DNA from: Welwitschia mirabilis
Lineage: Eukaryota
Assembly: GCA_051453625.1 (NCBI GenBank)
Contig: JBOZIK010000001.1
Coordinates: forward strand, 4,801,250-4,838,686
DNA: 37,437 nucleotides
Direction of reading: 5' to 3'
Notes under the pieces: model-generated
Database searches by the model: none
What the model was told of the DNA's origin: nothing
The model's input: the letters and a program-made list of their open reading frames with translations, nothing else
Made by a program: the position numbers and the translations under genes
Shown here: in pieces, positions 34,504 to 37,437 of the stretch
How the letters are laid out: the number at the start of each line of letters is the position of its first letter
Position numbering within the stretch: the first letter of the stretch is position 1

Positions 34504-36203
34504 TTAGTTAATGGATAGAAAAATAACCCTTAGTTCATGACAAAGGCTCTAAAACTTATTAAAAATTAAGGGTTTTATAAAGATATCAGCTAGCTATTTA
34601 TCAGTGCTTAAAAAGCTCATGGAAACATTTACCTTTTCTACTTAATATTTCTAAAAATGATGTCTAAGTTTAATATATTTAGTTTAAGAATGATGAATAG
34701 GGTTTTTTGAGATATTGATTATACTTATATTATCATAAAAAATTGTTACCTAATTATAATTAACTCTAAAGTTTTTAAATATTTCTTTCATCTATAGAAT
34801 ATGGATATAAAACTTCCTGCTACTATGTATTTTGCTTCTGTTATAAAAAGAGAAATAGAATTTTTCTTCTTAGTTGTTCATCCAATCAAGCATGATCATA
34901 AAAGGAAAAAATCTTTACTAACTATTTTACAATCATCTTTACAAATAGCCTAGTCTATATTACTAAAACTTACAAGTTAAAAAGAAGTTTTTGGAGGATA
35001 CCATAGCCCATAGGTACTTGTGCCTTTTATATACCTTATGATTCTTTTGATANNNNNNNNNNNNNNNNNNNNNNNNNNNNNNNNNNNNNNNNNNNNNNNN
35101 NNNNNNNNNNNNNNNNNNNNNNNNNNNNNNNNNNNNNNNNNNNNNNNNNNNNCTTAGAGGTATGATTCCTTTGGTTTAATCTGATATCTTGCACACATAA
35201 TAACACTCAAAATTATGTTAGGCCTACTAGTAGTTAAATATAATAAGCTCCCTATCATGTTCCTAAAAAGTTTTTAATCCACTGATTTACCATGATCATT
35301 AGGGCTGACTTTACATGAAGTTGACATAGGAGTGTCAGTTTAATTTTGCATTTTCAAGTCCAAATCACTTAATCAACTTCTTTGAATATTTTTATTGAGA
35401 TGTAAAAATACCTTGCTTTGTTTGTTTAATNNNNNNNNNNNNNNNNNNNNNNNNNNNNNNNNNNNNNNNNNNNNNNNNNNNNNNNNNNNNNNNNNNNNNN
35501 NNNNNNNNNNNNNNNNNNNNNNNNNNNNNNTCCTTTGGTCTAATCTGATATCTTGCATACCCAGTAACACTAAGCATTATGTTAGGCCTACTAGTAGTGA
35601 AATATAATAAGCTCCATATCATGTTCCTAAAAAGTTTTTAATCCACTAATTTACCATGATCATTAGGGCTGACTTTACATGAAGTTGACATAGGAGTGTC
35701 AATTTAATTTGCATTTTCAAGTTTAAATCAGTTAATCAACTTCTTTGAGTATTTTTATTGAGATGTAAAAATACCTTGCTTTGTTTGTTTAATTTGTAAA
35801 TAAAGAAAATACTTACTTCACTAAGCATACTCATTTCAAAGTGTGTTATTATAATATTAGCAAACTCTTTTAAGAGATCCTATTTTGAGGCTCCAAAAAT
35901 TATATCATTAACATAGACCTAAATAGTAATAAAGTATTCCTTAAGATTCTTAATAAAGAGAGTTTTATTTCCTGATCTACGAGTGTAACCATTTTCCTTA
36001 TGAAATGTTGTTATTTTTCATATCATGTCCTAGGTGCTTATTTTAAACTATATAATGCCTTTTTAAGTTTATAAACATGGTTTAGTCTATGTGAATCTAT
36101 AAATCCTTGTGGTTGTTCTACATAAACTTCTTCATTGAGGGTTCCATCCAAAAAGGCACTTTTCACATCCATTTGAAAAGCTTTAGTGTTTTTAAAGGAT
36201 GCA
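34504..36203 (-). pseudogene. Copia pol fragment: reverse transcriptase (RVT_2-type) and RNase H
   Basis: FQMDVKSAFLDGTLNEEVYVEQPQGF...VYKLKKALYSLK*APR; YVND (35904-35915, from YVDD); SLLYFTTSRPNIMLSV; KRIIRYIKGT..GLWYP; DNISIINISKNPIHHS*TKYI; LADIFIKPL. Contains in-frame stops. Confidence 0.95.
35167..35793. repeat. Gap-flanking direct duplication inside the RT (35167-35430 vs 35531-35793), probable assembly artefact
   Basis: The same RT segment appears twice around a 100-N gap, with scattered substitutions. Confidence 0.8.
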
Positions 36204-37437
36204 TGTTATAGTGTGAATTTATGCAATTCTGAAGCTCTTTAGGTAAACCTATAAATCAAATAACTTACAAAAATACACACGTTAGTATATATTGGAGTTC
36301 ACCTAAATGTTGTAATCCCAACGAAGGCACTAGGCTTAGAGTTTAAGAATTTATTTCCAAAGGTATTTTTAATCTTTTATCTTTTACCAGTTAAAAGTAA
36401 ATAATAAAATAAATGCAATGCAAGATGAATGAAGATGAAATGCAAGTGAATGGAAATGGAAATGAAATGAATTCTTTTGGTTCCTAATCCTTCTATTACA
36501 AAGAATATATTCTATCCTTTCTGTTACAAAGACTACATTCTCTATAACTTATGTCAATTAAGAAGATCATTCAAGTAATTCTTAACCAATATAAACTATG
36601 AGATCTACCAAGTAGAATATGAAATATGAAATATATAATTAAAATGCAAACCTAAATTAATCAAGATTAACCTTAACAAAGTTTACCCACATGATCTAAA
36701 TANNNNNNNNNNNNNNNNNNNNNNNNNNNNNNNNNNNNNNNNNNNNNNNNNNNNNNNNNNNNNNNNNNNNNNNNNNNNNNTATTGATTTAAAGAACTTTA
36801 CATCTAATTAGAATATAATAATAGCACCTTAATGGAAGAGACTCAATCTAACACTAAGGAAACTTCTTTTCATAATTGCTAGATGGACCTCTTGATCTTC
36901 AAGCTTTTTTCACAGGCATATCAAGTATAAAATATGATTTGGAAGTGAAGGGGGTAGGGTATTTATAGTTTTACAATAAAATTTTTAGAACTGTATCCTT
37001 AGACATTGGTGAAGAAAACCCTAGTAGCCCACATAAATCTCTTAACCCCATTTAGAACAATATTTATTTCAAAACATGTAAAAATAGTTATTGTTCATAC
37101 TATCATGGGGACGACCATGGGGACGACGCCATGTGTCACCTACCTCCATGTACCCCATGTATTGTCATCAGCCCCATGGATTGTTTACCCATGTTAATGG
37201 TGTTGTCATCCTATTGTCTACCCATGTTACTAGTGTCGTCATCTTGCCTGCCGTCTAGATGATATAGGGGATGAAGCCTCTATATACTCCATGTTCTACA
37301 TGTACTATCATGTGCTGCCATGTGTTGCTATGTCATGATTGGTAGTGGTGCTATCATCCTCTTAGTTATATGGATGATAGAGGAGATAACACATCTCCTA
37401 AGCTTCTCAAGTAGAGTAAATCAACCTTCTTTACCAT
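36204..37437 (-). repeat. LTR of a further Athila-like relative (3' LTR or solo LTR) inserted into the copia RT; runs off the window
   Basis: Begins TGTTATAGTGTGAATTTATGCA, nearly identical to 6112-6133. Shares the CCTAAATGT...GAAG block, the ATGCAA-rich tract, the TATA box (36960-36968) and GTCRTCCCCATG subrepeats. It abuts RT codons with no PBS. Confidence 0.8.

Larger units (their letters stand above)
31180..36203 (-). mobile_element. 3' half of a Ty1/copia Sirevirus (SIRE/Maximus)-like retrotransposon
   Basis: Minus-strand order is RT, RNaseH, a spacer with repeated motifs, an extra ORF, a gap, then an LTR-like region. The left boundary is approximate. Confidence 0.75.

Overview
Very AT-rich, CpG-depleted, gap-ridden eukaryotic DNA, most likely plant heterochromatin, made up almost entirely of old, decayed LTR retrotransposons. 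I found no intact host gene, RNA gene or CRISPR array. From left to right: (1) 1-15349 (minus strand) is a head-to-tail array of at least two, probably three, non-autonomous Ty3/gypsy Athila-like units. They carry a tRNA-Asp-type PBS, gag and aspartic protease, no visible RT/RNaseH/integrase, and one LTR (6112-7147) that is shared between neighbours. (2) 16208-18524 holds faint Ty1/copia remnants. (3) 19730-28548 (plus strand) is a complete sister element with homologous LTRs and UTRs, PBS, PPT and an ATGAT target-site duplication, but its internal coding region lacks the gag core and protease. (4) Near 30.2-30.4 kb are two decayed tRNA-like (A box/B box) heads. (5) About 31180-36203 (minus strand) is the 3' half of a Sirevirus-like copia element (RT, RNaseH, extra env-like ORF, LTR). 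(6) Its RT is interrupted at 36204 by another Athila-like LTR. Most 100-N gaps are flanked by diverged duplicate copies of the same sequence, probably uncollapsed haplotypes or paralogues. The most novel-looking signal is a modular, RT-less Athila-like family whose variants share a C-terminal hydrophobic module. All alignments and identities were made by eye.
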